Of a DNA stretch of 64,000 nt, positions 48,723-61,290 are shown in pieces (position 1 is the first letter of the stretch; every line of letters starts with the position of its first letter). Source of the DNA: Octopus bimaculoides (lineage: Eukaryota); assembly GCF_001194135.2 (NCBI RefSeq), contig NC_068985.1, forward strand, positions 37,372,222 through 37,436,221, written 5' to 3'. Made by a program: the position numbers and the translations under genes. Under the pieces are notes generated by a model. It saw only the letters and a list, made by a program, of their open reading frames with translations. It was not told the origin of the DNA and ran no database searches.

Positions 48723-49255
48723 AGCTGATATTTTTAAAGGAAAAGACACAAGAACAATAACGTTCATATACGTATTTTAAGTTTACAGACCAACTGAGCT
48801 TTATGAAATTAATTCAGTAGAATAATGAACTGGCCCTTTAAGATGACCGTTGAAATCCTGGACTCAAGAAACTAAAAGTACCAGACAAGCATCGTATTCG
48901 ATGACAAATCGGCTGTTCGCCCTCCTACATGTTTGAATCTTGTCCCTGTAAAAGAAATCAATTTTTCAAAATATTTTTTCAGACCTAGTAGAAAAAAGAT
49001 GTTCAGGTTTCTATTTTTTCCAGCCATTACGCCCTTACTATTCACACTTTCCGTTTCTCAGTGTAACTGTCTGTCTATCGCTTCACCTGTCTCTTATTAC
49101 GTCCTTTCTTCCTTGGTTTTCTGTTTCCTCGTTTCGTTTCATATTTTCAATGAAATAGGATTTAAAACATTTAATACAAATTTTTCAAAAATTATTTTTT
49201 CATTTTTGGTATTTTTCGGTTACGTTTATAAAAATTACGGCCACACACAAACACA

Positions 49256-49369
<114 letters not shown>

Positions 49370-49800
49370 TGAGAAGAAGCAGAAAAAGAGAAATAATGCC
49401 AAATGCCAAATTGGAAGTCAATTTCACAAACAAAACAGAAATAAAAATACAGAAATGGAAAGGAAAAAAGCCACCAGAGAGATGACTCGAGGTGAAATTC
49501 TACAGTAACAAAATCCTACTTCATCTGTTAGCAAATCTGATGCCTAAGCTGACTAGACCGCGTTGACATTTCAAAGATGCCGACTTGACTTGATTGTGTG
49601 CTTTTTTTTTTTTCTTCGTGGGACGGGGGATATTAAATATATTCTGGTGAATAAATGAGATTGATAAATTTAATATTATGTTTAGGTTTGAGGTGTAACT
49701 TCGCAAAATTACTTCATCTGTCAGTTGTAGAATAATATCAACAAGGAGCAAAAAGTTGAGGTAAAGATAGACACTAATGATTTCTTATAAATCTTGACGT

Positions 49801-49923
<123 letters not shown>

Positions 49924-50221
49924 TGTGGCTAGGGAGTGAGAGCTGAAAGTTATGGCACTTATAGAATTTCTAATTACATTTATGCAGTTAGGTAAAACCA
50001 TACCCAATAGGGAATCGAAATCGAGTTGTGGACTTCATTGCCGACCAATCATCTGCCTGTCATGTCATGTCTGTCCGTCTGTCTGTCTGTCTGCCTCTCT
50101 CTCTCTCTTTCTCTGTCTCTCTCTCTGTCTGTTTCTCTCTCTCTCTGTCTCTCTATCTCTCTGTCTCTCTCTCTATCTCTCTCTCTTTCTGTCTCTCTCT
50201 GTGTCTGTCTCTCTCTCTCTC

Positions 50222-50318
<97 letters not shown>

Positions 50319-50463
50319 TCGTTTTGAGTTCTATTTTTCCTGTTTACGGTGCCAAACCTGTATATATATATATATAGACGCATAACGTCAATAAAAAAAT
50401 ACAATGTAGGTGGATCATAAACATTTCGATTTTCACTCTTTCAGGAATTGAGCCTATTGAAAA

Positions 50464-50584
50464 GATAACGATAGAATAAGTACCAGGCTTGAAAACAAAT
50501 GTACTAACGTCGATTCATTCAACTAAAATTTCTTCAAAGTGATGTTCCAGGATAGCCGCAGTCTCAGACAAGTAAAACATAAAA
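50464..50584 (+). mobile_element. SINE family C-like 3' fragment
   Basis: CGATAGAATAAGTACCAGGCTT...GTCGATTCATTCAACTAAAA...CCAGGATAGCCGCAGTC. Confidence 0.7.
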
Positions 50585-50959
50585 TATACATTTACACACA
50601 CACATATATATATATATATTAACAGTCACACACACTCGAATCTCCTGCAAATTAACAAGGATTCCCATGACGACAATGTAAGCTTCATTTGATTACGGTA
50701 TCTTTGACCCGACGAGTAGCTAGCGGATTATCCCTCGTTCCGGTAATTACTACCTCCGTGGTTCTGCTAGCTATGAAACATATGTAACCTGGATTTTATC
50801 TACCCCATTCCTTAATTTTTGGTTTTTATTCGCATACACAACAGCCCCAGCTGCTACCCGTAAACTATAAAACAATTTTATCAGCTTATCGAACTTCCCT
50901 ATGGGAAAAATTTACAACCTTCTACGCGAACATTATTTACATTATTTACATTTGACGGA

Positions 50960-52085
50960 TATTTGTCCTCATCTTGTTTGAATGCACTAGTATACCAATA
51001 AAAAACTTGATGGAAATGTTGACCTTTTGTGTAGAAACTACCTATTTCCATATGGACACTGACATATATCGACAAGAAGAGGGTTTAGCTATGGGCTTGC
51101 CATTATCACCGATAATACCCAATATATACATGGAATACTTTGAGAATTTAGCTTTAGGATCAACACCACTAAAACCAACCTTATGGCTGCGATATTTTGG
51201 TGACACCTTTATTCTCTGGCCCCACCAGGAAGATGTCCATGTGCTGTTAGATCATGTGAGCTCAATAAAGCCTACCATTCAGTTCACAATGGAAAAGGAA
51301 AAAGACAATCAGCTAGTATTCCAGGACGTATTAATAACACACATCAAGTATGGATTCAGGACATTCGTATACCGCAAGCTGACCTTCAACGGACGATACC
51401 GTAACTCCAATTCCCACCATCCATACAGAGTAAAGAGAGGAATTGTTCAGTGCCTAAAACATCGAGTAATGAATATAAGTAGCGATCGTAATACCCACCA
51501 CGAAGAAATGATCAAGCTCAGTAACAATCTATTAAGCACCAACTACCGCCAAAACATACTATCTACTCCAATTATAAACAAAAGAGAGGATGAAACCGAA
51601 AAACTGTCTACAGTCTGTCTACGCTATGTGAAAGGGCTCTCCGAAAAGATATAAAAGATATGTGGCCCATATGACATCAGGACAGTATTCAAGAGTAATA
51701 CAACACTTCGCAAATATCTCATTCGGGTAAAACCACCAATAGAAGAGAATATGACCAAAACACTGCGTGTACTCCATCCTATGCAGCTGTGGTAGGTTAT
51801 ACAAAGGTGAAACATGCCACTTCCTCAAAATAAGGGTAGAGGAACATCACAAAGCTGACATGAGGAGATATTGATAAATCGGGTATAGCTGATCATGTAT
51901 GGAAAAATGGAGACCACCTATTTCTGTGAGATGAAGTTGAGACACTGGAATATACAAAAACTAAAAGAAGCAGCACATATGCTAAGACGCAACAACCTCC
52001 TAAGCAGACCGAGTGCAGATTTGAGCAGCATATAGGAACCGGTATTAAGGAAAGATAGAAAAATATTAGATTTATAAGCCTTAAA
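50960..52085 (+). pseudogene. Penelope-like retroelement: RT C-terminal half plus GIY-YIG endonuclease, inactivated
   Basis: ORF 50974-51654: YRQEEGLAMGLPLSPIIPNIYMEYFE...WLRYFGDTFILWPH...QFTMEKE...VYRKLTF...HHPYRVKRG (PLE RT; the YVDD motif reads YFGD). After a stop: IRTVFKSNNTLRKYL...CVYSILCSCGRLYKGET...RVEEH...IADHVWKNG (GIY-YIG-type) with frameshifts. Confidence 0.92.
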
Positions 52086-52106
52086 ATTCACTTCACAATA
52101 GCCCAC

Positions 52107-52185
52107 GAGCATATGGCGTTGTGGTTAAGAGCGCGGACTACTAACCGCAAGATACCAAGTTCGATCCTAGGTAGTGATCCGAAAA
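52107..52185 (+). mobile_element. Short tRNA-derived SINE/head
   Basis: ATGGCGTTGTGGTTAAGAGCGCGG (A box) and AAGTTCGATCC (B box); no complete cloverleaf. Confidence 0.65.
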
Positions 52186-52274
52186 AACTGGTTCAGCTAC
52201 CTAGCAGCTCCGCTTCTAGGTTAGGCTCAAGACTTTTAATACACCCCTCGTGTATATATCTATATATATATATG

Positions 52275-52380
52275 TGAGAGGAGGTACCCAAAAGAAACCG
52301 AAATTTTGCAATATTATCTTATTCACTTAGTTTTATTTGTTTATGCTTTTATCACCTTCAAAGTATTCTCCATTTGAATT
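52275..52380 (-). mobile_element. Mariner 3' end remnant (GEYFEGD* plus TIR-like end)
   Basis: Minus strand NSNGEYFEGDKSINK* followed by AATTTCGGTTTCTTTTGGGTACCTCCTC, ending in a (TA)n tract. Confidence 0.7.
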
Positions 52381-52650
52381 GTATCCAGGACTGGGTGGCT
52401 TGTCTGGTATTCTTTGAAGAAAGCTGTCTAGACTCCGTTTAAAGCTGATAGGATCCTTTTCCTCTTTAATCTGTTTCGGGACAATGTTAAACAGGGCAGG
52501 GCCTGTTGAGGAAAAGAAATTATGCCGCAATGTACCTATATGCTGTGATCCTGAATTGGGCAGGGGACGTATGGCTCGTGGTCCCAGGCTTGGATGAACC
52601 TTGAAAATAATGCTCAGGTCGTTTAGGCAATGCTGGCGGTATATTTTCCA
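52375..52650 (-). mobile_element. Non-LTR retrotransposon C-terminal fragment (CR1/Jockey-like group)
   Basis: KVHPSLGPRAIRPLPNSGSQHIGTLRHNFFSSTGPALFNIVPKQIKEEKDPISFKRSLDSFLQRIPDKPPSPGY matches the post-RT tail pattern 'R.N.F...GP.LFN.LP..I.......FK..LD.FL..IPD.P..PGY'. Confidence 0.8.
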
Positions 52651-52951
52651 CATCATGCAAAAATATATANNNNNNNNNNNNNNNNNNNNNNNNNNNNNNN
52701 NNNNNNNNNNNNNNNNNNNNNNNNNNNNNNNNNNNNNNNNNNNNNNNNNNNNNNNNNNNNNNNNNNNNNNNNNNNNNNNNNNNNNNNNNNNNNNNNNNNN
52801 NNNNNNNNNNNNNNNNNNNNNNNNNNNNNNNNNNNNNNNNNNNNNNNNNNNNNNNNNNNNNNNNNNNNNNNNNNNNNNNNNNNNNNNNNNNNNNNNNNNN
52901 NNNNNNNNNNNNNNNNNNNNNNNNNNNNNNATATATATATATATATATATA

Positions 52952-53758
52952 CAAGGTAGGTGGAAATAACCAGTCATTAGAAGTTGCTTATAAAATTTTA
53001 AATATCACAGAAGTCAATATTTTTTGAACAGACAACTCTAATGGGGATATTTTCTTTTCTTATTATCTTATTTCTTATTTTTTATTCTTCAGATGGCCAG
53101 TCGCTTGACTGTTTAGTTGCGAGCTGAGACAGCAGCACGCTATGAAGTGTTGAATTTTATTATTTTGGTTGAGAGATGGTGGTCTACATGGAAAGTTAAG
53201 CATCCAACATTACATCATGTGACAATAAAAAGTTGTCATGCAAAGGTGAAGACCACAAGCTCTGTGACCGATGCAAGAAGTGGCAGTCCAACCACACCCT
53301 GATCAGCGGAGACCGTGGTAACAGTGCAGTCCTCAAAAATCAACACATCAAGCAGCTCGTGAAAGTAGACTAACAAGATACACAATACGAACGGTGTTGC
53401 ATAAGGAATTGAATTTTCGTCCGTAGAAATCCCATTACGTTCAGGAGCTAAAGCCTGAAGACTGTGACTGCAGAGGTTCAAACGTCCAGAACTCCAAGAA
53501 GTCCAGATCTCACTCTATGTGATTTTTACCTGTGGAGTTAAATAAAAGAGGTGTACAAGACAAACTCGCACACTAGAGGACTTGCAGACACGGATTCAGG
53601 AGGTTCTCAATGGTATCCCAGACGACGTCTTTCAGAATGTTGTTCATTCCCTCCTTGGCCGTTTGAGGAAACTGGTTCACACCAACGGAGCTTACGTTGA
53701 AATATGAAGATTCACTTTCAGTTTCCCATGTAATAAGGAACATGGATCATGTGTTTGA
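52952..53758 (+). mobile_element. Tc1/mariner transposon of rosa/Visitor-like type, internally deleted (right end in gap)
   Basis: TA|CAAGGTAGGTGGAAATAACC start; N-terminal HTH RAETAARYEVLN...HHVTIKSCHAKVKTTSSVTDARSG.PTT; VLHKELNFRP..HYVQELKPEDC fused directly to PRSPDLTLCDFYLW...LGRLRKLVHTNGAYVEI*. The first two Asp are deleted, so spacing cannot be counted. Confidence 0.8.
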
Positions 53759-54353
53759 NNNNNNNNNNNNNNNNNNNNNNNNNNNNNNNNNNNNNNNNNN
53801 NNNNNNNNNNNNNNNNNNNNNNNNNNNNNNNNNNNNNNNNNNNNNNNNNNNNNNNNNNNNNNNNNNNNNNNNNNNNNNNNNNNNNNNNNNNNNNNNNNNN
53901 NNNNNNNNNNNNNNNNNNNNNNNNNNNNNNNNNNNNNNNNNNNNNNNNNNNNNNNNNNNNNNNNNNNNNNNNNNNNNNNNNNNNNNNNNNNNNNNNNNNN
54001 NNNNNNNNNNNNNNNNNNNNNNNNNNNNNNNNNNNNNNNNNNNNNNNNNNNNNNNNNNNNNNNNNNNNNNNNNNNNNNNNNNNNNNNNNNNNNNNNNNNN
54101 NNNNNNNNNNNNNNNNNNNNNNNNNNNNNNNNNNNNNNNNNNNNNNNNNNNNNNNNNNNNNNNNNNNNATATATATATATATATATACATATATAAAAAC
54201 AGTGTACACTGTATTTATATGAATAATATATAGTCTATTGACTAATTTTTCCACAAGCTAGGCCACTGGTAGTAAAAATTTCTAAAATTTTTCTTACCCT
54301 GATATTATTAATTATATACATATATATGTATGTGTGTGTGTGCGTGCGCGTGC

Positions 54354-54405
<52 letters not shown>

Positions 54406-56439
54406 GTATGTAATACCACCAGCCTACACCCACGCACCAGCTTACACGCACACGTACCCACACACAAAGCATCTACACGCGCATACATAGCAGACACACT
54501 AATCCACGCATTCAAACAAGCAAACACACAGACACACACGCACACATATGTATATATGCATATGTGTGTGTGTGTGCGTGCGATGTGTGTGTATGTGTGT
54601 GTGTACAAACACGTATAAAGTCACAACGGCTTATAAAATGTGGGTGGTGGTGGTGGTGGTGGAAGTGCTAGAGAAAGAGAAGGTAGTGAAATAGATACAG
54701 ATAAGAAATAGAAGGGAAAAGAAATGGATTAGAACATAACTATGAGAGAGTAAAAGGAAGAGTAGAGAATAAAGAAAGCTTTGGAAGTTGGAGTGGAGGA
54801 CGGGGTTTAACATTTTGTAACATAGTGTAATAGATGGCTTTTTCGACCAGAAAATCAAATTTAAAATGAAATAATCGCTATAAAGCAAAAAGCGATATGA
54901 GATTTTAGTTTAACCCTATATTTAATCTCTTTGCCAAATGCTGTCCCATTAGTTGAAACTTTTAAAATTTAATTTAAGCCTTGTTCGAATCTTTTATATA
55001 ATTTAACTTCATATTTGCAATCATTGTTCATCTTATTGTTGCTGTAAGTCACAGTGGATTCTTCATATCTTGCCCCTTTCCTTAGCGTTCTCATTTTATT
55101 TTTGTATATTTGTATGAGTGTTTGCTTTCTGTCTTTGCTCTTTTTGTCTTTCGCTTGATTTTCCAATTCCATTTTAACGTACTGATGAGAAGGATAATAA
55201 TAAAATTATCGCCGAATTCTGATTTGTGCAAAGGAAGCTTTTGTGTCACCAAAGATTTGTTCTCTTAAATAACAGAAATAACAAGACGACATCGCAAAGC
55301 CCCCTACCCTCCACAGTAGCCGTCATATCTTTCAAAATTTGAAAAGAAAAAGGAAAAAATATGGAAGTATTGGATGAAAGTTTAACCGTCCAACTTCCAC
55401 TGGGAATAGCCAAATTTCATAGATGACATGATGGAATTTCTTTCCTCTACAACAATCTAGATTTTCTTCTTAATATTTGAAAATTTATCTTATTTTATTT
55501 TGTAGATCGAATATAATTTTCTGAAACATCACCAAAATAAAACGAAAAATGTCCAGATAGTTCCAAACTATTTTAATCCTTAACAAAATATCATGATTAG
55601 ACCTAATACAATTTTAATCGTTTCTTAACTTCTTCCATTGCTTTTTTTAAAATTATTTTTTGTCTCCCTTTTAGTTTTGTATTTTTTAAAAAACGTCATA
55701 TCAAAAACTATTTCACATCTTTCAGTCGCTCGTTTTCTCATTCAGTTACACTCTCATATACACATAAACACATAAACACACACCCACACACACACACAAG
55801 CTTTCTTTTTCTCTTCCTTTCTTTCTTATTCAGTCTCTGTAATTTTTTACTTTCTTCCACTCAACCTCTTCATCATTCTTCTCGTTAAATCTGTCTTACG
55901 ATTCAAACATGTCTGTCAAATGAAATTCTTCATTTAAATTTAAATTTCATTAAGGGCCATTTTTGAAATATTTCTGGTGCGTTCTTTGGAACTAAGTAAA
56001 AAAAAAATGCCTGAGATTAGTCTGGAAATTTTGGTATTATTTGTATTAGAAATTCAATAGTGGGGCACTTTATAATCTTCTAAAATCAAGAAATGGCCTG
56101 TATAATCTAGCTAACGATGGCCACCAATAAATAAATGATTCCGTGACAATTGATCAAGAAGTGTGTAAATATTTAAAGATTAAGTCACACTCGTACATTC
56201 ACATGCACACATACAATCATACAAATCATATAAACACACATATACACTAGTATCCGTGTATCTCCTTATAGTCAGCTATTTCAAATGTTAGTGTCATCTT
56301 TAAATTTTCTGTTGGTACATGTTTCTTGTTAAAGTTACGTCATTGGCAATGTGTTCTATCTTGGTAGTAACTTAACTCTTCACTCAAGTTTATTGTAAAC
56401 AGTTGATGCCATGCACTGTGTGAAGTGTATTATTAATGG

Positions 56440-56810
56440 TTATGTGCTCAAGAAGCTTGCTTTACAATTACGTGGTTTGGAGCTCAGTCCCACTGCACGG
56501 TGCCTTCGGCAAATGTCTTCTTTTGTAACCTCGAGCCGACAAATGAGTTGTGAGGGAATTTAGTTGACGGAAACTGCGTAGAAGCACATCATATATATAT
56601 ATATGCGTGTGTATGTACATATGTATGTGTGTGTCTTCGTATTTATGTTTGTCCGTCCTATGTTACGGCTTGTAACATAATGGCTCTATAAAAGGACAAT
56701 AAAATATATGCCAGCCTTTAAAAAAGAAAAAAAAAAACATTTCTTAGGTTGATTTCTTAGGCGGTACCTCAGTATGCTTGCAATATCCAATGACTAAAAC
56801 AAGGTAGCAG
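56440..56810 (+). mobile_element. SINE family C, strongly diverged
   Basis: AGAAGCTTGCTTTAC...CAGTCCCACTGCACGGTGCCTTCGGCAAATGTCTTC...TTGACGGAAACTG...(TA)(TG)...GGCGGTACCTCAGTATG. Confidence 0.7.
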
Positions 56811-57895
56811 GTAATTAAGTATAATGAAGCCGGTTTAAATATTTGATAACTCAAAGGGAAGATTATTCTGGCCTTACCTCTATTTTCTACAAACATCAAA
56901 GTAACACTATGCTATTTATTTAAATTTGAAACTGATTTTTCTCAAATGTTAGAGGAATATGATACATTATATCAGCCTTGGAAATGAGAAAAAAAATTTA
57001 AATCCTTACAGATTAGCTGTCATAAAACTTTCCAGTTTCCATGGCTTTGTATATGAAGAATATTTTAAATTTTTCGATGATACTTTTTATCTTGTTAGGA
57101 AAATATTTCAAGACCTATATTGGCTTCCCTTCCATTTTCAGGTTAAAATTATTCATTTGGCAGTTTTATTGAGATCTTTTTTATGATAATCACTAATGGA
57201 ATTATCTTTTAGAGTTTCTCCATCTTCTGACGTGAACTCTTCTCGCTTCTGAGTTGAAACTTGTTCATGAAGGAGCCAATAGACTGACCGTGGTCACAGG
57301 TATTAGAATCTTACTGCCATTTCTCAATTAATATAACTGTTACGGCCAACCCACGAGTTATTCTATGAGGATTTTTCGTAAGATTTTTATCCTGTGTCTG
57401 GTACTATTTAATATAATGAATCCCCGACAATGAATTTAGATGTAGATACATTGTTAGCTTGCAAGAAAATATGATAATTAAATGGCTTATATCAAGTGTT
57501 ATAAAGTTTACAATTCACATACTTGCATCAGAATTCATAAAATATATCAGCCACAACAAGGTTATTCACCGGTTTGCAGACATGTTGTATTTGGTCGATG
57601 ACATTTTTAAAAATAATATTTTAGATTAGTAAAATTTGATGTTATCTTCTTTAACCGTTTTCGTCATTAAATTCACTTTTTGAAAACAGAGTGATTTACA
57701 AAATCATCTGTGCTAGATGAGGCCCAAAGGTTGATCGAAAGACTTGTAATTCAACGTTAGATGCAGCAGCTAGTTAAACATTCTAATTTCGTATCTATAA
57801 TATTCATTTTCGTTAGATTTTTTTTAGACATATTAAAACCAGTCAGTTGAATAAAATAGATAATCATATTACTTCAAATCATCTGGAATCGTGGA

Positions 57896-57896
<1 letters not shown>

Positions 57897-57988
<92 letters not shown>

Positions 57989-57990
57989 CA
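57897..57990. repeat. (TG)n microsatellite
   Basis: Directly visible. Confidence 0.95.
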
Positions 57991-59271
57991 CGCGCGTGCG
58001 TGCATGTGTGTGTGTGTTTATATATGCATTTATATACATGAAATGTTGCACGATGTGTCTAGAAATATTGCTGCTACTAATATTGAATTTTGAATACTTT
58101 TCAGTCGGCCTTCAGGCTTCAACGAAAACAGTTTATTTTAAAAAATCATTTAATTTTTGAGAATTACTTTTCTGGCTTAAGAATTTAAAGAAGAAAATAT
58201 GTATATGTTTATTTACTCTATTACTTTTGGCTTCTTTGCTGTTTAATTTATTTTTCAACGTGATTGGTGCTGGTCTATGATTAGATATAAGGCATGCTTG
58301 TTGTATATTTTATGAGTTTTATGAAAAAAAAAAGAAAAAAATTCGTCTCTCCTATATAAAGGGTGCATTTCTTTCATGTTCTAAACTCTGTGGTTTCTTA
58401 GTCTTGATGTTTCTGTTGTTGTTGCCTCAGGTCAGACCCGATTAAGCAGACGGATGATTAAGTCACTCAGAACTTCTACCATTCTATTCAACTTCCAAAA
58501 TTATAGTAATGTTGAAAATTTAGTAGCTGATTCTAGCTGGTCAAATGAGTCTTTCGTTCCTTCGGATTCTTTACTTCTGCCTAGTTTTGTGACGGTGGTT
58601 CATCTTGTATTGAACTATTTGTTTCCGTATTATATGATTGTGTCGCTTAAATTATTTGAAACATTAAAAACTATTAGTTTAGTTTTCAATAATGATTTTG
58701 TGGAAGAGATCTAAGACCCTTTTCTGTATTATGGTTTTGTAGTTAAAGTTCATAAATTTAGATTAACTGACAAACTGTGGGTGGAGGTGTGAGAGAGATC
58801 TCTGAGGTTTCGGCTTCTGATTTCATTGTATAATTCTTGCTCGCAAAAACTACATCGAGTTTCTTTAGATTCTGTTTTTTGAACTTTGTACCCGAAGTTT
58901 TATATTTACTGTTCTCTGCGTGAGAATCAGTTTTTTTTTTTTTACTAGCACTTTGCATTCGCTTCGATTCACGTGTACATTCACATATTCAACATATGGA
59001 CATCCATTCGTCTTTTCTCGAAATGCAGCTACAAGAACGGGCATGTTAATCTTGCTTGCCTCGGTTCTGTTGTGGATGTATTCCAAAATAAGGATTACCT
59101 TTTAGCCTAAGAAGTTTAACTAGGAGAATAAAATCCGCATTATGTTCACGTCTGTCTTTCCATAAGACTCGAAAATATCATAGTAATTACAAACGAAAAC
59201 CAATCAGGAGATAATCTGAGATAAGTCTGAAGTTATGGTAATGAGTGTACATGAACTGAACGTAGCAATAC

Positions 59272-59373
59272 TTCTGAAAATCGATCTGATTTATCTATCT
59301 TGATTCCTGATGTAGGTGTCCGATCAATCATATCCACTTCATGAACCATGGACGTAATTTTGGTCACGTCGTT
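59272..59373 (-). CDS. Candidate 102-nt phase 0-0 exon, unidentified
   Basis: CCTTTTTGATGTTAATAG|AAC...GAA|GTATTG; open as NDVTKITSMVHEVDMIDRTPTSGIKIDKSDRFSE. Confidence 0.2.
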
Positions 59374-60633
59374 CTATTAACATCAAAAAGGCCTATTGAA
59401 AGATATGGTTGCGCGTGACTATTATATATTATGTGATTATATTTAAAATAATAGATATATTGAGATATTGTTACTGTACAAATATGGATTTACATTGGTG
59501 GTTTAAGAATGTAATAATTTCATATAGTTAATGCTCCGTTATAAAACAACTGAACAGATGCTAAATTCGTAGGATTGATACAATATTTTGCGGTGTTTGT
59601 TTCCGCTCATCATGCTCTCATTTCAAATGACACCAGGGCCAATAGATAAAGAACAAACAGGGTGGTAGATTGATGAAATTGTTAAAGCGTCGGACTGGTC
59701 GACTGTTCTTTCTTTGGGTATCTCGAGTTAAAATCCCTACTTCTGTCACCGAAAATGCTGACGATTTACTTGATATTCTAAGGGAAAGAATACACTCTAG
59801 TATTTAAACCGTCCATATCCAGCCAAAATATTCCACCTATTTTATTCTCAAAAATGGGCCAGATCAGGCCTCTAACACCAAGGTCTCTAATACCAAGCCG
59901 ACATTCTAAACATAACAGTCACATCATCAAAATCCAACCGACAAAAGATAGTGCATAATTAATTCAAAATGATGTGAATAAATAAGCAATACATTTGACA
60001 GAGTAATGTGAATTCTAACGAGTTAAACACTTCGATAGGCTGGCTGGCTGGCACTTAAGACATATTTGTCAGATAATATTGAACGACTATCGCTTTCATA
60101 TGTGGGTTGGAGTTTGAATATTAGCAAAAATGTGATTGACGACAAGAAACAGAACAATTTGAGTCTCCACGCGATGCAACAATTTGTTGCCTAATACTTT
60201 TGTAAACTATAAATCACCACAGACTTCCAGTTTATGTCAGTCGTACATTTAGTAAATTAAAACCTCATTTAAATTGACATTCATCTTGGCTTTATTCACA
60301 CTTCACTGTTGTTGCTAGTCTTGTCGATTTTTTTGAAACCTGCTACGTTGTTTTAATCAAATGATTAATAAATAACTAAACTGGTCGTATTGTAAACGTG
60401 GTTGGTGTGTATGTATTTGTCGTTGTTAAGAAAGAAAACGGTCAAATCTTTATAGCTGTTATAATTATATTATTTCATTTCTCTATCAAATTCTTCCCTC
60501 GTGTATATATACATATATATATATATATANNNNNNNNNNNNNNNNNNNNNNNNNNNNNNNNNNNNNNNNNNNNNNNNNNNNNNNNNNNNNNNNNNNNNNN
60601 NNNNNNNNNNNNNNNNNNNNNNNNNNNNNNNNN

Positions 60634-60679
<46 letters not shown>

Positions 60680-60784
60680 CTTACTTTGAAATGTACGCGT
60701 GGCGTACAATCATATAATAACATAAGATAAATAAATAATATATAAATATACATGCATACATACATACATATATATGTATGCATT

Positions 60785-61290
60785 TATGGGCACAGGTCGC
60801 CACAAAACGTGAACAACATGAAATACAAAAACAACATAATATGCGAAATACGAAAACATGGAATACGAGCTTGTTTTTGCGAACAACGGAAGAAACAAAC
60901 GAAAACAAGAAATGCAACATAAAAAAATGACCCTGCATCAGTTTTCGGTTGTTTTTCTACTTCGTATTTCGAGCAATTAACGACAAGATACGTTTTCGAC
61001 AAAACAGTTGCTCTCGCAAAGGAAATTAAATAAAATTTGTTATTTTGCGGATGGTCAAATCTGGTAGCAAAAACAGGATAGTGAAAACAAACAGGAAGGG
61101 CTGTTAAGCATGAACGAGTTGAGTTGGATCATCCGCAAAATCCCAAATCTTATTTAATTTGCTTTGCGGTAGCAACTGTTTTGTCGAAAACGTATCTTGT
61201 CTTTCAATGCTCGAAATACGAAGTAGAAAGACAACCGACAACTAATGACGGGTCATTTTTTTAATGTTGCATGTCTTGTATTTCATGCTG
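60785..61290. mobile_element. Interspersed repeat (family of 26636-27120) carrying an approximately 150-bp inverted duplication
   Basis: 60905-61053 is the reverse complement of about 61130-61280 (e.g. CTACTTCGTATTTCGAGCA, GACAAGATACGTTTTCGACAAAACAGTTGCT) around an approximately 75-bp spacer. Confidence 0.85.

Noticed and set aside
52107-52185. Possible tRNA gene (also heads at 6691, 9738, 22199, 45551)
   Set aside because: A and B boxes are present but there is no complete acceptor/anticodon cloverleaf; these continue into SINE bodies or match repeated heads.
54969-55172. ATG-initiated charged 67-aa ORF (MELENQAKDKKSK...)
   Set aside because: Short, composition explained by A-rich sequence, no recognisable domain or splice support.
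57714-57745. CTAGATGAGGCCCAAAGGTTGATCGAAA hammerhead-like string
   Set aside because: The core has an insertion, helix II does not close next to GAAA, and no helix I or III is found.
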